The position numbers and the translations under genes are program-made. Positions 18,155 through 28,672 of a stretch of 64,000 nucleotides of DNA are shown here, piece after piece. Position 1 is the stretch's first letter, and each line of letters begins with the position of its first letter. The DNA comes from a virus (lineage: Duplodnaviria; Heunggongvirae; Uroviricota; Caudoviricetes): IMG/VR virus record IMGVR_UViG_2718218135_000001, positions 32,001 to 96,000 of that record. One strand, written 5' to 3'. Below the pieces are notes generated by a model. The model was not told the DNA's origin and searched no databases. It saw only the letters and a list, made by a program, of their open reading frames with translations.

Positions 18155-18180
18155 CATCTTAAATCATAGGGAAATGAAAG

Positions 18181-19056
18181 ATGCCATTACTGCGTGATGA
18201 AGCTGAAAAGCTGTCTAATAACGAACTTGAGCAGGGTGTGATCGAGACCATCATCGATCGCGATGATCTGTTCGCTATTCTGCCTTTCATGAAGATTAAT
18301 TCTAAGGCATACCTTTACAACCGCGAAGCTACCCTGAGCGAAGCTACCTTCATTGATGTGAACGACACCATCACTGAAGGCGCAGCAACCTTCAGCGAAC
18401 ACGTTGCGAAGCTACGTATCCTGGCAGGCGACGTAGACGTCGACAAATTCCTGGCGACCACTATGTCCGACACCAACAACCAGCTGGCAATCCAGGTTCG
18501 TCAGAAGGTGAAAGGTCTGGCTCGCGCATTCCGCCGCAACCTGATTCTGGGCGACTCCAGCACCAACACCAAAGCGTTCGACGGTATTCCGAAACTGATG
18601 CACGACGATCAGAAGATCGACATCGAAGGCGCTTCCATGACCTTCTCCATGTTCGACGAACTGGTCGACGCGGTGAAAGATCTGGGTGCGGACTGCATCA
18701 TGATGCGCTCCGAGCATCTGCGTGCTTATCGCGCTCTGCTGCGTACCGTTAATATCGGCCCGTCCGAAATTATGATGGAAAACTTCGGTCGACCGATGTT
18801 GTGCCACAACGGTGTACCTTTCATCGTGAACGACTTCATCCCGACTGACGCGGGCAAAGCAAGCATCTATTGTCTGCACCTGTCCGAAGAGAACGGTGTG
18901 ACCGGTCTGTATGGCGGTGAAAACGCTGGTATCGTTGTTGAGAACATCGGTACTGTTCAGAACAAAGACGCAACCCGTACCCGCGTTAAGTGGTACTGCT
19001 CTCTGGCGAACAAGCACGACAAAGCTATCGCCGCGCTGACCAATGTAAAAATTTGA
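18181..19056 (+). CDS. major capsid protein
   Basis: 291 aa, position after scaffold; terminator immediately downstream. Confidence 0.7.
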   Translation: MPLLRDEAEKLSNNELEQGVIETIIDRDDLFAILPFMKINSKAYLYNREATLSEATFIDVNDTITEGAATFSEHVAKLRILAGDVDVDKFLATTMSDTNNQLAIQVRQKVKGLARAFRRNLILGDSSTNTKAFDGIPKLMHDDQKIDIEGASMTFSMFDELVDAVKDLGADCIMMRSEHLRAYRALLRTVNIGPSEIMMENFGRPMLCHNGVPFIVNDFIPTDAGKASIYCLHLSEENGVTGLYGGENAGIVVENIGTVQNKDATRTRVKWYCSLANKHDKAIAALTNVKI

Positions 19057-19065
19057 TCAGAATAC

Positions 19066-19090
19066 TAGGTAAGTAGTTATCTACTTAATA
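19066..19090. promoter_or_regulatory. TAAGTA-N-TACTTA palindromic box
   Basis: taggtaagtagttatctacttaata after the capsid stop. Confidence 0.45.
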
Positions 19091-19092
19091 TG

Positions 19093-19117
19093 GGTGGGCT
19101 ATACGCCCACCTTTTTT
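19093..19117 (+). terminator. rho-independent terminator after capsid gene
   Basis: ggtgggc-tatac-gcccacc followed by TTTTTT. Confidence 0.7.
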
Positions 19118-19130
19118 GTAGGAGCGATAA

Positions 19131-19559
19131 ATGCCAGAACAAAAGATGAAAATCATGGAGGAGACGTTTGCGGATTTCACAGGGCATATGTGCCGTGCCG
19201 GATTCACCAACTCCGTCTCCAACGAGCCTCTGAGCGAGCGCCAGCAGAACCATCTTGCGGCTTGCTTCCGGACAGTTCCGTTCACGCAGTCTGTCAGCGT
19301 GGAGTCTGTTGCTCTGACTCCTGATTCTGTCTCTGTTGAGAAGGGGAAGTCAGTCAAATTGCGAGTTGATGTGCAACCGTCAAACGCAACCAATCAAAAA
19401 GTCACCTGGACTTCTCAAAATAGCGACAAAGCGACCGTGGATCAGAACGGTAACGTAGTTGGCGTAGCCGTTGGTACGGCAACCATTGAAGTGGCTTCAC
19501 ATGATGGCAGTCACAAAGCGACTGCGACCGTTGAAGTGACCGCAGCACCGGCTGCGTAA
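19131..19559 (+). CDS. Ig-like (Big_2-type) domain protein, possible capsid decoration
   Basis: Big_2-like segment VSVEKGKSVKLRVDVQPSNATNQKVTWTSQNSDKATVDQNGNVVGVAVGTATIEV. Confidence 0.6.
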   Translation: MPEQKMKIMEETFADFTGHMCRAGFTNSVSNEPLSERQQNHLAACFRTVPFTQSVSVESVALTPDSVSVEKGKSVKLRVDVQPSNATNQKVTWTSQNSDKATVDQNGNVVGVAVGTATIEVASHDGSHKATATVEVTAAPAA

Positions 19560-19602
19560 CCAACATATGGGCAGCATAGCTGTCCATTAAGTGAGAAGAA
19601 AA

Positions 19603-20037
19603 ATGAAACCAGCAAAAATTCGTTTATTGGAGCCTCAATTTTTGGGGTACACGGGGATTCTCTGCGGTATCAAGTTTGTAGACGGTATCTCAGTTGCTGA
19701 ACTGCCATTCGTCGATCAGCAGCGGATTTGTGCTTCCATGCGTGCGACTACCGTTGAAGGTAAAAATGTATCTCCTTCTGCCGCGTACAGTAGCCGCAAT
19801 AACTTGACTGCGGAAGACATTGTCGAGACGCCAGCCCCGGATATTGTGCCAATGAAACGTGGTGCGGCTGAAACAAAGCCCAAACCGGTACAGCGCTTTA
19901 CTCGTGAAGAACTGGAGTCGATTGCGGACTGTGAAGGTATTGCGGGTCTTCGTCAGATCGGCAACCAAATTGGCGTGAAAGCCAAAGGCATCGTTGAAAT
20001 GATCGAGGGTATCCTGAAAGCACAGGGCGGTGAGTAA
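19603..20037 (+). CDS. hypothetical virion protein
   Basis: ATG with GAGAAG RBS; track ORF begins at GTG 19591. Confidence 0.45.
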   Translation: MKPAKIRLLEPQFLGYTGILCGIKFVDGISVAELPFVDQQRICASMRATTVEGKNVSPSAAYSSRNNLTAEDIVETPAPDIVPMKRGAAETKPKPVQRFTREELESIADCEGIAGLRQIGNQIGVKAKGIVEMIEGILKAQGGE

Positions 20038-20870
20038 TGGCACAGATCGACACGTACCGTAGCGGGGAAGCCGTTTCCCTGTCGTTTGCATTTAACGTTC
20101 TGGATATTGAGTCGGCAACGTATACCGTCAGAGATGGCGCGGGTTCGATCATCGTTGATAACGAACCTCTCGATATTACTGAGGGGCAGATGTCCATTCC
20201 GGTTGTCGTGTCGGCCGAACACAACCTGCTTGCCGACAAAGAGCGCGATCTGCGTTACGTCCTCGTCAAAGCGGTGGCATCCGGTCTGACGCATGAAGAG
20301 CGCAAGATGTACGTTCTGCTAAATAGCTTCGAGCTGTCTATCCCAGGCCAGTCATTCGCAACGGTCGCAGACGCCCAGATGCAAGCCATCGACATGCTGA
20401 ACGGCGACACTCTGTTGGCTGATGGTGACGGGCTGATGCGCAAACGTCTCATTGAGGCCACCAGACGCGTCAAAACGCTGCCGTTTTCAATCCGCAAAGT
20501 CCTTCGTATCGATTTCGATCGGTACGACCGTCCACAAAACATGCTGAACGTATATGACGTACCGTGGGGTGCTGACGGGGCATATCGTCACGATCTGATT
20601 GATTGGGAGAAGATGACGCAGGATAAATTCGACGAATTCCCTGACTACTTCAAACAGACATTAATGCTGGCCGTGGTTAATGAAGCCTGCGAAATCGCTA
20701 ACGGCAATGACGTAGCGGCAGCTCGCGAGGACGGCATCCTGTCTGAATCCATTGGTGAAACGACAAATATGTACCGCACCGGCAAAGCGGCAAATTTACA
20801 TGTGGCTCGCAGTACCTGGAGACTGCTGGTCAGCTACATCAACAACCGCATGATTGTTCGCCGTGCGTAA
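20037..20870 (+). CDS. hypothetical head-tail region protein (277 aa)
   Basis: ORF in structural block; ATGA-type overlap with upstream gene. Confidence 0.5.
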   Translation: MAQIDTYRSGEAVSLSFAFNVLDIESATYTVRDGAGSIIVDNEPLDITEGQMSIPVVVSAEHNLLADKERDLRYVLVKAVASGLTHEERKMYVLLNSFELSIPGQSFATVADAQMQAIDMLNGDTLLADGDGLMRKRLIEATRRVKTLPFSIRKVLRIDFDRYDRPQNMLNVYDVPWGADGAYRHDLIDWEKMTQDKFDEFPDYFKQTLMLAVVNEACEIANGNDVAAAREDGILSESIGETTNMYRTGKAANLHVARSTWRLLVSYINNRMIVRRA

Positions 20871-20967
20871 CGCCAGTCGCATTATTTACTTCTGGTCGAA
20901 AGGCTCAAGACGCACAATCGCGCCTTCGCCTGGTAATGCGTGCGGATGCCAACCACAGGGAGAGTGC

Positions 20968-21312
20968 ATGAACATTTCATGGCAAGCAGAGATGGCGATT
21001 TACCGTCTGGGTTCGAAGAATGTCTACGGTGAAGCGCAATTGCAGTTCGTCAGGAAGACGAACGTCGGTGTCGTTAAGTTTGAACAAAGTAATGAGAAGT
21101 CATCGGTACGTGCGGACAGCTCCGGCAGTCGCGGAAAAGCCAATATGGAATTGTTCGATGTCGTTCTGGTGGTCCCACTTGAGGCCGCAGTGCAACTTGA
21201 TGACGTTCTTATTCTGGAGGGGCTAAAGCTGAAGGTATCCAGTGTGCATCGTCGTTGGGGGTTACGTGGACGCCCTGGTCATCTGGAAGTAGGGGCAAAC
21301 ATATGGGCCTGA
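20968..21312 (+). CDS. hypothetical structural protein (114 aa)
   Basis: internal ATG with GGGAGAG RBS. Confidence 0.4.
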   Translation: MNISWQAEMAIYRLGSKNVYGEAQLQFVRKTNVGVVKFEQSNEKSSVRADSSGSRGKANMELFDVVLVVPLEAAVQLDDVLILEGLKLKVSSVHRRWGLRGRPGHLEVGANIWA

Positions 21313-21776
21313 AGTATGACTCGCATCAGTTTAAGCGTGCTGGCGACAGACTCAATAACAGCCAGAAAGCCTTTAAGCGTTATCTCATTCGTGACATGGA
21401 GAAGCTGGCGCGTCTGGTTGAGCGTCTGGCGCGGGCAATGGCTCCGCTGGAGACTGGCTCACTCGAAAGCGCGATTTTCGCGAGAGTTGTCAAAGAGGGC
21501 TATACGGGGCTGCGTATTGAGTTATCGGTGTCTGGGGCTAAACCGCGCGAAGGGAACCCTGGTGTTGAGGTTGGCGATTATGCGGAGTACATGGAGTTGG
21601 GCAAGTATCGTCTCGGCTATCTCTCCCGCATGAAGAGCGTCACCAACCCGCCAGTTGCTGGTGTGAAGCCACGCGTTGGGCCTTTGTTCCTTGAAAGAGC
21701 GGCACAGGTCAGTGAGAAACAGTTCGCTCAGACGATAGCTGAAGCAGCAAGGAAAGCAGGTTTTACGAGAGGTTGA
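21303..21776 (+). CDS. head-tail joining protein (putative)
   Basis: position between capsid and tail genes. Confidence 0.45.
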   Translation: MGLKYDSHQFKRAGDRLNNSQKAFKRYLIRDMEKLARLVERLARAMAPLETGSLESAIFARVVKEGYTGLRIELSVSGAKPREGNPGVEVGDYAEYMELGKYRLGYLSRMKSVTNPPVAGVKPRVGPLFLERAAQVSEKQFAQTIAEAARKAGFTRG

Positions 21777-21777
21777 T

Positions 21778-22161
21778 GTGTTTATTGAAGCATTTGCGAG
21801 CCTGATGCAGAAGGCGAAGATCGGCACACTCGGCACTGACATTTTCTGTCACTACATGCCAGCCAATGTGAAGTCCGGCATCCTGTTGGTTACTCCCAAT
21901 ACGGGGATCGCCATTGACCATGAGTTAAAAGGTTTTTATCACGACTCTTTTACCGTCATCGTGCGTAATGCGACGATCACAAAGGCGGTGGCGAAAGCCA
22001 ATAAGATCATGGACATGTTTCCGGTCGAGGAAACCGTGTCAGATGGCGTTTACTTCCGGTTGGTACGACCAATGTCGATGCCGATAACTTATCCAAAAAA
22101 CGAAGGCTCGTTGATTGAAGCGGGCATCCCGATTGAATTTGCGGGCTATTTGTTGAATTAA
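21778..22161 (+). CDS. tail completion protein (putative)
   Basis: GTG start right after upstream stop; upstream of major tail gene. Confidence 0.45.
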   Translation: MFIEAFASLMQKAKIGTLGTDIFCHYMPANVKSGILLVTPNTGIAIDHELKGFYHDSFTVIVRNATITKAVAKANKIMDMFPVEETVSDGVYFRLVRPMSMPITYPKNEGSLIEAGIPIEFAGYLLN

Positions 22162-22165
22162 CAAA

Positions 22166-22188
22166 ATAAGTAAATATATACTTACTAT
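22166..22188. promoter_or_regulatory. TAAGTA-N-TACTTA palindromic box
   Basis: ataagtaaatatatacttactat upstream of major tail gene. Confidence 0.5.
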
Positions 22189-22235
22189 TGGCGCCATGAA
22201 GGTGCTGATTTAACGGAAAAAGGAGTTTTCCAACA

Positions 22236-22982
22236 ATGTCCAATACCCATGTAAAAAACATCAAACTTGGCGCCTGCAAAGTGTCGTTTGGTGGTGTTGA
22301 TCTGGGTTACACCAAAGGCGGTGTTCAGGTTGAGGTTGCGACCGAAACTCTGAAAGTTACCGTAGACCAGCTAGGGCAAACCACCATCTCCGAGCTGGTA
22401 CAGGGCCGTAACATCACTATCACTGCGCCGCTGGCCGAGTCTGTGTTGCAGAATATGGTCGATCTGATGCCGGGTTCTACCCTGAGTGAAGAAGATAACT
22501 CTGTGACCATCACTTCCGCACAGGGCGTCAACCTGATCGACGTAGCTAAAGAGCTGGTTCTGACCCCGCAGGATACCACCGACTACGTTCTGACCATCCC
22601 GAAAGCTGCGACCGCAGGTAACTTCACCATGACCTACCAGTCTGATGATGTTCGCGTGTTCTCGGTTCAGTTCACCGCTTACCCGGATGACGACGGTATT
22701 CTGGGGAAAATGAGCGGCCCAAAGCCGGTTAAATCCGTCTCTATCTCTCCGGATTCTCCGGAAGTTAAAGCCGGTGAGAGCGTGCAGCTGGCAGCCCAGA
22801 TCACACCTGCAGATGCCGGCGACAAAACCGGTGTGTGGGAGTCCGACAATCAGGAGAAGGCTACCGTTGATCAGACTGGTCTGGTTCGCGGAGTAGCTGA
22901 AGGTTCGGCAAATATCTCCTTCACCAGCAATAGCGGCGGCAAGAAAGCGACCAAAGCTGTAACGGTTAATTCTGCCGAATAA
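22236..22982 (+). CDS. major tail protein (gpV-like) with C-terminal Ig-like domain
   Basis: C-terminal Big_2-like domain as in lambda gpV; terminator downstream. Confidence 0.75.
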   Translation: MSNTHVKNIKLGACKVSFGGVDLGYTKGGVQVEVATETLKVTVDQLGQTTISELVQGRNITITAPLAESVLQNMVDLMPGSTLSEEDNSVTITSAQGVNLIDVAKELVLTPQDTTDYVLTIPKAATAGNFTMTYQSDDVRVFSVQFTAYPDDDGILGKMSGPKPVKSVSISPDSPEVKAGESVQLAAQITPADAGDKTGVWESDNQEKATVDQTGLVRGVAEGSANISFTSNSGGKKATKAVTVNSAE

Positions 22983-23000
22983 TCGTGACGTGACTAAGCA

Positions 23001-23025
23001 GAGGCTCAGGAAGAGCCTCTCTTTT
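23001..23025 (+). terminator. terminator after major tail gene
   Basis: gaggctc-aggaa-gagcctc followed by TCTTTT. Confidence 0.6.
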
Positions 23026-23041
23026 AAAAGGATTTTAACCA

Positions 23042-23359
23042 ATGACCAAATTACTCGATCTCGACTCCATTCTACCTCCGAAGAAAAGTATCAAGTTCGG
23101 CGGTCAGGAATACCCCATCGTTGAAATGACAGTTGGTCTGTTCGTCTCCATCAAGCAGATGGAAGGCAAAGATCTTCAGAACATGTCTCCTGTAGAGCAG
23201 GTTACTGCTTACGCCGACCTGGTTCGCAAGGTCATCCCATCCGTGCCGGACGCTGTACTGGAAAAACTGACTGTTCCGCAGCTTCAGCAAATCTTCACCT
23301 TCGCTATGGAAGTGATTGATGAAGAGAACGAAAAAGCGGCTGGTGAAGGGGCAAAGTAA
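23042..23359 (+). CDS. tail assembly chaperone (gpG-like)
   Basis: 105 aa acidic protein between major tail and tape measure genes. Confidence 0.6.
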   Translation: MTKLLDLDSILPPKKSIKFGGQEYPIVEMTVGLFVSIKQMEGKDLQNMSPVEQVTAYADLVRKVIPSVPDAVLEKLTVPQLQQIFTFAMEVIDEENEKAAGEGAK

Positions 23360-23709
23360 TTTCCCGCGATGAATCCGGGGTAAAGACCGTATCGATAGAT
23401 CTCGGATTCTATTTCAGTCGTGTAGTTGCTCACTACGCCGTGTCGCCATTAGAGCTGCTGGGCGTCCCTCTAACGATGTTCTGGATGCTCAGTCGCAACA
23501 TCGACCGTCTACGTGCGGAAGAGGATGTCCGCAACCTGCAAGTCGCTCGCGCTGCCCAGGCAGATGGCGAGGGCGTGAAGGCGTTCATGGAGGGTTTGCA
23601 ACTCAGGATTGGAAGACCAGTCGTAACCGATAAAGTCTACGATCCGCGCAAGGATAAGGCAGACCCTGACGCCAAAGAGCAACTGATGCAAATTTTTGGC
23701 AGAGGATGA
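23347..23709 (+). CDS. gpT-like segment, probably expressed as G-T fusion by -1 frameshift
   Basis: -1 frame relative to G is open from 23347; GTG 23440 is the only independent start. Confidence 0.45.
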   Translation, partial: RGKVISRDESGVKTVSIDLGFYFSRVVAHYAVSPLELLGVPLTMFWMLSRNIDRLRAEEDVRNLQVARAAQADGEGVKAFMEGLQLRIGRPVVTDKVYDPRKDKADPDAKEQLMQIFGRG

Positions 23710-23716
23710 CAAGGGA

Positions 23717-26700
23717 ATGTCACAAAACGTAGAGTTTGTCCTGTCGCTGGAAGACAAGCAGTTTACAGCGTCAATCGACCGGGCGGGTAAGCTACTTACC
23801 AGATTCGGGGAGCAGGCCACAAAACCAGCTCAGAAAATTAACAATCTGGAACGCTCGTTGGGTTCGGTCTCCCGCATCATCGGCGTTCTGGAGTCCAAGC
23901 TCGATGCCACGGCAGACAAACTACAGGATGTAGCTGCCGGCTTCGAACTTGTGTCTGATGTTTCGCGCAAGACGCGAGGCAACATTACCAGCCTCAATTC
24001 AGGTCTCAAAACCCTGATTGAGCGCGTCGACACAACCACCTCTTCCGTTAATAAGCTCACCACATCGTTGCGCAAGGTTCAGTCTGAACTCAATGAGTTT
24101 TCCGATTGGGCAACGTTCGCTGGTAAGAGCGCCAGCCGCTTCGGTACGGAGGTAAAAGAAGCCTCTACATCTGTGAGTGGTATGAATACGCGCCTTAACA
24201 CCACGACGAAGCGTCTCAGTAATTGGGGTGTCACAACGAACCAGGCTGCCGAGGGGCTGAAGAAAGTCCGCGATCAGATGGATGCGGTGATTGGCCGCCA
24301 GCAGCTGATCAGCAAGCCGGTGCGTGTGCGCACCAGCGGCTACGGTGAGGGCGGTGGTAATGGCGGTGGCGGTCGACACAGCGGTTCCTATGGCCACGGC
24401 GGGCGCGGTGCTGAAAATGGCGTGTTCTCTGGTCTGCGCGGCAATATTTTCCTGCTGGGCGAGATTGGTGATGCGGCAAGAACGGTAACTGACATCCTGT
24501 TCGGCTGGCAGAAGCCAATCGTCGAAGCTGCCTCCAAAATGGAGCGTATGTGCGTCATGTTGCGCGGGCTGAACAAGGACAAGGCCAACCCTGGCAAAGC
24601 AGCCGCAGAGGATATGCAGTACATCGTGGATATGGCGCAAAACGCCCCGTTTGCGATGCAGGCGCTGACCGATTCCTTCGTTAAATTCCGCTCGGCAGGT
24701 CTCGATCCTACTGACGGATCGCTGAAAGCATTGGTGGACTCTGTTGCACGCTTCGGCGGCGATAGTGAACTGCTAAAACGCGCAGCAGTGGCCGTCCAGC
24801 AGATGTCCGGTAAGGGCGTCGTTTCGATGGAAGAACTGCGTCAGCAATTAGGTGAAGCCGTTCCTAACGCGATGAAAGCGATGGCAGACGCTGCCGGCAT
24901 TACTATGGGGGAACTGACCAAAGCAGTCTCCAGCGGTACTGTGGAAGCGAAACAGGCGTTATCGCTGATGTTCGTTGGTCTGCGTGCAGAGAACGAAAAC
25001 GCCGCCAAAGACATGATGCAAACCTACACCGGTGCGCTGGCGCAACTACAAACCTCCTTTACGTTGTTCGCCGATCGTGTCGGTCAGACGGGCTATCTGG
25101 ATTCTCTCTCTAAGGGAATGAAAGAACTAGCCTCCATCATGAATAGCGCAGAAGGGATTTCGTTTGCTAATTCTTTAGGTTCGGGGTTAACGACGGCAAT
25201 CGATGGGTTGCGTCAGCTTGCTCAATGGTTAGCAAAGAACCAAGAGCTGGTAATTAATCTTGGTAAGGTCGTGGCCGCGATGGTTGCGTTCAAACTGATG
25301 CGAGCAGGGATCATGGGGGTAGTTGGCGCTGGGAGCCAGATGGTTAGCACCTTTGCCACGATGGCGACCGCCATACAGACTCCATTTAACCTCGGCGCTA
25401 CAGCAGTAACTCGATTCAATCGTGCGGCACGTATGGGGCTGGCTCCGATCCCCTCTCTTATTTTCGCCATCCGTGGGGCGATTACGGGGCTTAAAGGCGC
25501 TTTTGCTGGATTAACGGCGTTCATTGCAGCAAATCCAATTGGCGCTGCGTTTACCGTGGCAACCGTGGCCGTGGCCGGGTTGATCACGTATATGACCATG
25601 CTTCGCAGCGAAACGTCAAAAGTCGTTGACGAGATTAGGAAAATACCAGAGGCGATGACGGCGGCCAAACGTGCACAAATGGCGGAGTATAAAGCGCGTC
25701 TTGAGCAACAAATCACGCAAAAGGAACAAGAGTTAAAATCTGGCGAAAAGGTGGTTTATGGGCCGGGTATGGCCGGAACTGCAGTAAAGATTAATCAGGA
25801 TGAACGTAAGCGTATAGAAAATGAGCTAAATGACCTTCGTGAGAAACGCGATAAAACTACTGGGGCAATTGAACGCGGAGACACTGCTGTAGCCAAACGT
25901 CTTGCAAAAGATGCGGCAGAATCACAGATAGAGAAAATACGGGAAGAGAATAGAGACTTTGCGGCAACATTCGCTAAAGCTCGTCAAGAGGCTCTGGAGA
26001 AGATCCAAAAAATCAATGATGACGATTCACTTTCTGATGACGAAAAGAACAAACTATTGGCACCGTTACGTGAAACGGTAAACAAAAGCTATCTGGAGCC
26101 TGCGCAAAAACTGGTTGATTCACTTTCTTCTCGTAAGAATGCGACCGAGAAGCAAATCGCGACTCTTAATGATCAGCTTGAAAAAGCCAAAAAAGATGGC
26201 AATACCGAGCAGATCCAGAAACTGCAAGGCAGTATTCGTGGTTATCAGGAGCATTTGGAAGCCGTTGCTCAGGAGCTGACTCAGGCAGAGTTCGAGAGAG
26301 ATAATGCGGCCAAAACTGGTAAGGGCGTAATGTCAAACCAGGGGACTGTTCTTGGGTTAGGTACAACTGATAAAGCTGCTCAGAAGGCGCTGGCGCAATA
26401 TATGCGAAACCAGATGGATTCTGCGACTTATCAGCGTACTTTGCCTGACGGCACTCCGATGATGGACTTCGAAGGTAAGCCGATTATTGGGCCTAAACAA
26501 CTCAAGACGCAGCTTAATTTGCAGAAAGCATCCAGTGCCAGCTCTCTGGAGAAAATGAGCGATGCGGAACGCGCCGCAGCCATTGCAGCGCTGACCAAAG
26601 CGCGCGAACAGGATGCCGCAGCAGCGGAAAAAGCCGGGCGACGTACAGCCAATGCTTCTCAGCGTGCGGCCAAGAAAGAACAGGCAGCGCAACAGAAACT

Positions 26701-28288
26701 GGCGGCCGGATATCAGAAGGCTCTGGATAAAGCCGATCAGCTTATGGGGCAAATGGGTGAAAGCTCTAAGGCTACGGTATCGTTTGATCAGTCTCTTCGC
26801 GATACAACGAAATCGCTGACTGATTTGGCTAATGCGGTTCCTAACGAGTTCATCACTCAAGAGATGATCGACAAGGCGAAAAAACGTCTTGAAGACCTTA
26901 AAAATGCGACACCTGAATATCGCGAGATGTTTAATCGCCGCAATGTTGAGCAGATGATCTCCACTTGGGCACCGGAGGCGGATTCCATTATTAGTGCTGG
27001 CTATACGCCGTCTCGCGAAGAGAAAGTTGCTGATTTCGAAGACACCTACAACCGCAATCTCAAAGCGTTGATAGAACTTCGTGATAAGGCGTCTGATCCT
27101 AAAGTTGTGGCGCTTTATACAAAGAAAATCAATCAACTGATTGCTGCTGGCAATACCGCGCTTATTAAAGAGACGGGGACTGCGACGCAGAAGTTGGCAC
27201 TGGAATACGAAAACCTGGCAGAGCAGATCGAAAGCACCTGGACTGATTTGTTTAGTGGCTTAACTGATGTTCTGACTGATTTCGTTATTAACGGGAAGAT
27301 GAGCTTCTCCAGCCTGTCCCAGTCCATTTTGAAAGATATCACCAATATGGTCGTGAAGTCGCAGATCACGCTGCCTCTAATGAACATGTTGGGGATGGGA
27401 ACCACCGCAGTTGGTAGTTCACAGAGTGGTAATTTGCTCACCGGGGTTGCTTCCGCAGTTGCCAATCAAGGTGTGCGCATAAGCAACACTGTTAATGGCG
27501 ACAAGTCGGTAGGAGAAGCCACGAAGGAGACGTCCAGTTCGGTAACTGGATTGGGGCAAACGACACAGCAGACCACCAGCGCAATTGGCACAGCAACAAA
27601 TGCGATTGGTAGCTGGGTATCAGGGCTATTTGATAGCACCGAAGCCAAAGATGCTGAGACAAAAGCAGTGAAGGATTCCATCTTCTCGATGCAGAACCTC
27701 AGCTCTGTTACCGGTGCTCTGTCTGCCGCGTTCGCAATGCTTGGAGCTAATGCTTCCGGCTCTGGTAATAAGTGGTTGAATTTCGGCGCGACAGTTGCAT
27801 CTGGGTTGGTTTCAGTATGGGCAGGTGGTGGTTTCGACAGCGCGACATCAAACTCTGCTAAAACCGCAACCAGCAGTGTGGCTGACGGAACTAAAGGCAT
27901 TCCTGCAATCCCGAAGTTTGCAAATGGAGGAATATTCGGAAAAGACGGCGTGATCCCGCTCCGGGCATACCAGAAAGGCGGTATTGCTAACTCGCCTCAA
28001 TTAGCGTTGTTTGGGGAAGGTTCTATGAATGAGGCGTATGTTCCATTGCCTGATGGTCGAACAATCCCTGTAACGCTCAGTACCGATGGTATGAGTGGAG
28101 GAGGAAATGTTCTTTCTCCGGTATCAATTGAGATCAACGTCCATAGTGACGGTAGCACAACTGAATCCGGCGATACAGAAAGCATATGGAACAATGCCGC
28201 TCAACGGATGAAAGCAATCGCGCTTGAGACTATCGCTCAAGAGAAACGCCCTGGCGGATCACTCAACCCAAACACTCAACGTAACTAA
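23717..28288 (+). CDS. tail tape measure protein
   Basis: 1523 aa, coiled-coil and Gly-rich segments, canonical position; ATG with AAGGGA RBS. Confidence 0.85.
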   Translation: MSQNVEFVLSLEDKQFTASIDRAGKLLTRFGEQATKPAQKINNLERSLGSVSRIIGVLESKLDATADKLQDVAAGFELVSDVSRKTRGNITSLNSGLKTLIERVDTTTSSVNKLTTSLRKVQSELNEFSDWATFAGKSASRFGTEVKEASTSVSGMNTRLNTTTKRLSNWGVTTNQAAEGLKKVRDQMDAVIGRQQLISKPVRVRTSGYGEGGGNGGGGRHSGSYGHGGRGAENGVFSGLRGNIFLLGEIGDAARTVTDILFGWQKPIVEAASKMERMCVMLRGLNKDKANPGKAAAEDMQYIVDMAQNAPFAMQALTDSFVKFRSAGLDPTDGSLKALVDSVARFGGDSELLKRAAVAVQQMSGKGVVSMEELRQQLGEAVPNAMKAMADAAGITMGELTKAVSSGTVEAKQALSLMFVGLRAENENAAKDMMQTYTGALAQLQTSFTLFADRVGQTGYLDSLSKGMKELASIMNSAEGISFANSLGSGLTTAIDGLRQLAQWLAKNQELVINLGKVVAAMVAFKLMRAGIMGVVGAGSQMVSTFATMATAIQTPFNLGATAVTRFNRAARMGLAPIPSLIFAIRGAITGLKGAFAGLTAFIAANPIGAAFTVATVAVAGLITYMTMLRSETSKVVDEIRKIPEAMTAAKRAQMAEYKARLEQQITQKEQELKSGEKVVYGPGMAGTAVKINQDERKRIENELNDLREKRDKTTGAIERGDTAVAKRLAKDAAESQIEKIREENRDFAATFAKARQEALEKIQKINDDDSLSDDEKNKLLAPLRETVNKSYLEPAQKLVDSLSSRKNATEKQIATLNDQLEKAKKDGNTEQIQKLQGSIRGYQEHLEAVAQELTQAEFERDNAAKTGKGVMSNQGTVLGLGTTDKAAQKALAQYMRNQMDSATYQRTLPDGTPMMDFEGKPIIGPKQLKTQLNLQKASSASSLEKMSDAERAAAIAALTKAREQDAAAAEKAGRRTANASQRAAKKEQAAQQKLAAGYQKALDKADQLMGQMGESSKATVSFDQSLRDTTKSLTDLANAVPNEFITQEMIDKAKKRLEDLKNATPEYREMFNRRNVEQMISTWAPEADSIISAGYTPSREEKVADFEDTYNRNLKALIELRDKASDPKVVALYTKKINQLIAAGNTALIKETGTATQKLALEYENLAEQIESTWTDLFSGLTDVLTDFVINGKMSFSSLSQSILKDITNMVVKSQITLPLMNMLGMGTTAVGSSQSGNLLTGVASAVANQGVRISNTVNGDKSVGEATKETSSSVTGLGQTTQQTTSAIGTATNAIGSWVSGLFDSTEAKDAETKAVKDSIFSMQNLSSVTGALSAAFAMLGANASGSGNKWLNFGATVASGLVSVWAGGGFDSATSNSAKTATSSVADGTKGIPAIPKFANGGIFGKDGVIPLRAYQKGGIANSPQLALFGEGSMNEAYVPLPDGRTIPVTLSTDGMSGGGNVLSPVSIEINVHSDGSTTESGDTESIWNNAAQRMKAIALETIAQEKRPGGSLNPNTQRN

Positions 28289-28330
28289 CTATCGACTGCC
28301 CCGACCGGGGCAGTCTCACAAGGATGTGAG

Positions 28331-28666
28331 ATGGAAAGACAAACGTTTAATTGGTATCCAGATTACGAATCTGAAAAAAGCGTAAAACCGAATGTAACGG
28401 TACTTAATTTTGGTGATGACTACGAGCAGCGACAGGCTCAAGGTCTTAATCGTATTAAAGAAGAATGGTCGTTAACCTTTACCAGATCATACAACGAAAT
28501 TAATGCAATCGATGACTTCCTGACTGAGCGATCAGGCGTTGAATCGTTCTATTGGGTTAATCCAAGAGGCAAGCAGATTGTAGTTGTATGTGACAGTCAT
28601 ACGGTCAAGCGATATCAGGGGTACTGTGTCTTAACTGCTACATTCAGACAAGTATTTGAGGCTTAA
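28331..28666 (+). CDS. minor tail protein (lambda gpM-like)
   Basis: 111 aa; recalled lambda M shares the FGDGY...QR...GLN pattern. Confidence 0.75.
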   Translation: MERQTFNWYPDYESEKSVKPNVTVLNFGDDYEQRQAQGLNRIKEEWSLTFTRSYNEINAIDDFLTERSGVESFYWVNPRGKQIVVVCDSHTVKRYQGYCVLTATFRQVFEA

Positions 28667-28672
28667 GTATCT

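Noticed and set aside
26357-27136. 259-aa minus-strand ORF inside the tape measure gene
   Set aside because: Fully embedded antisense in the tape measure gene; Arg/Leu-rich antisense-type composition.
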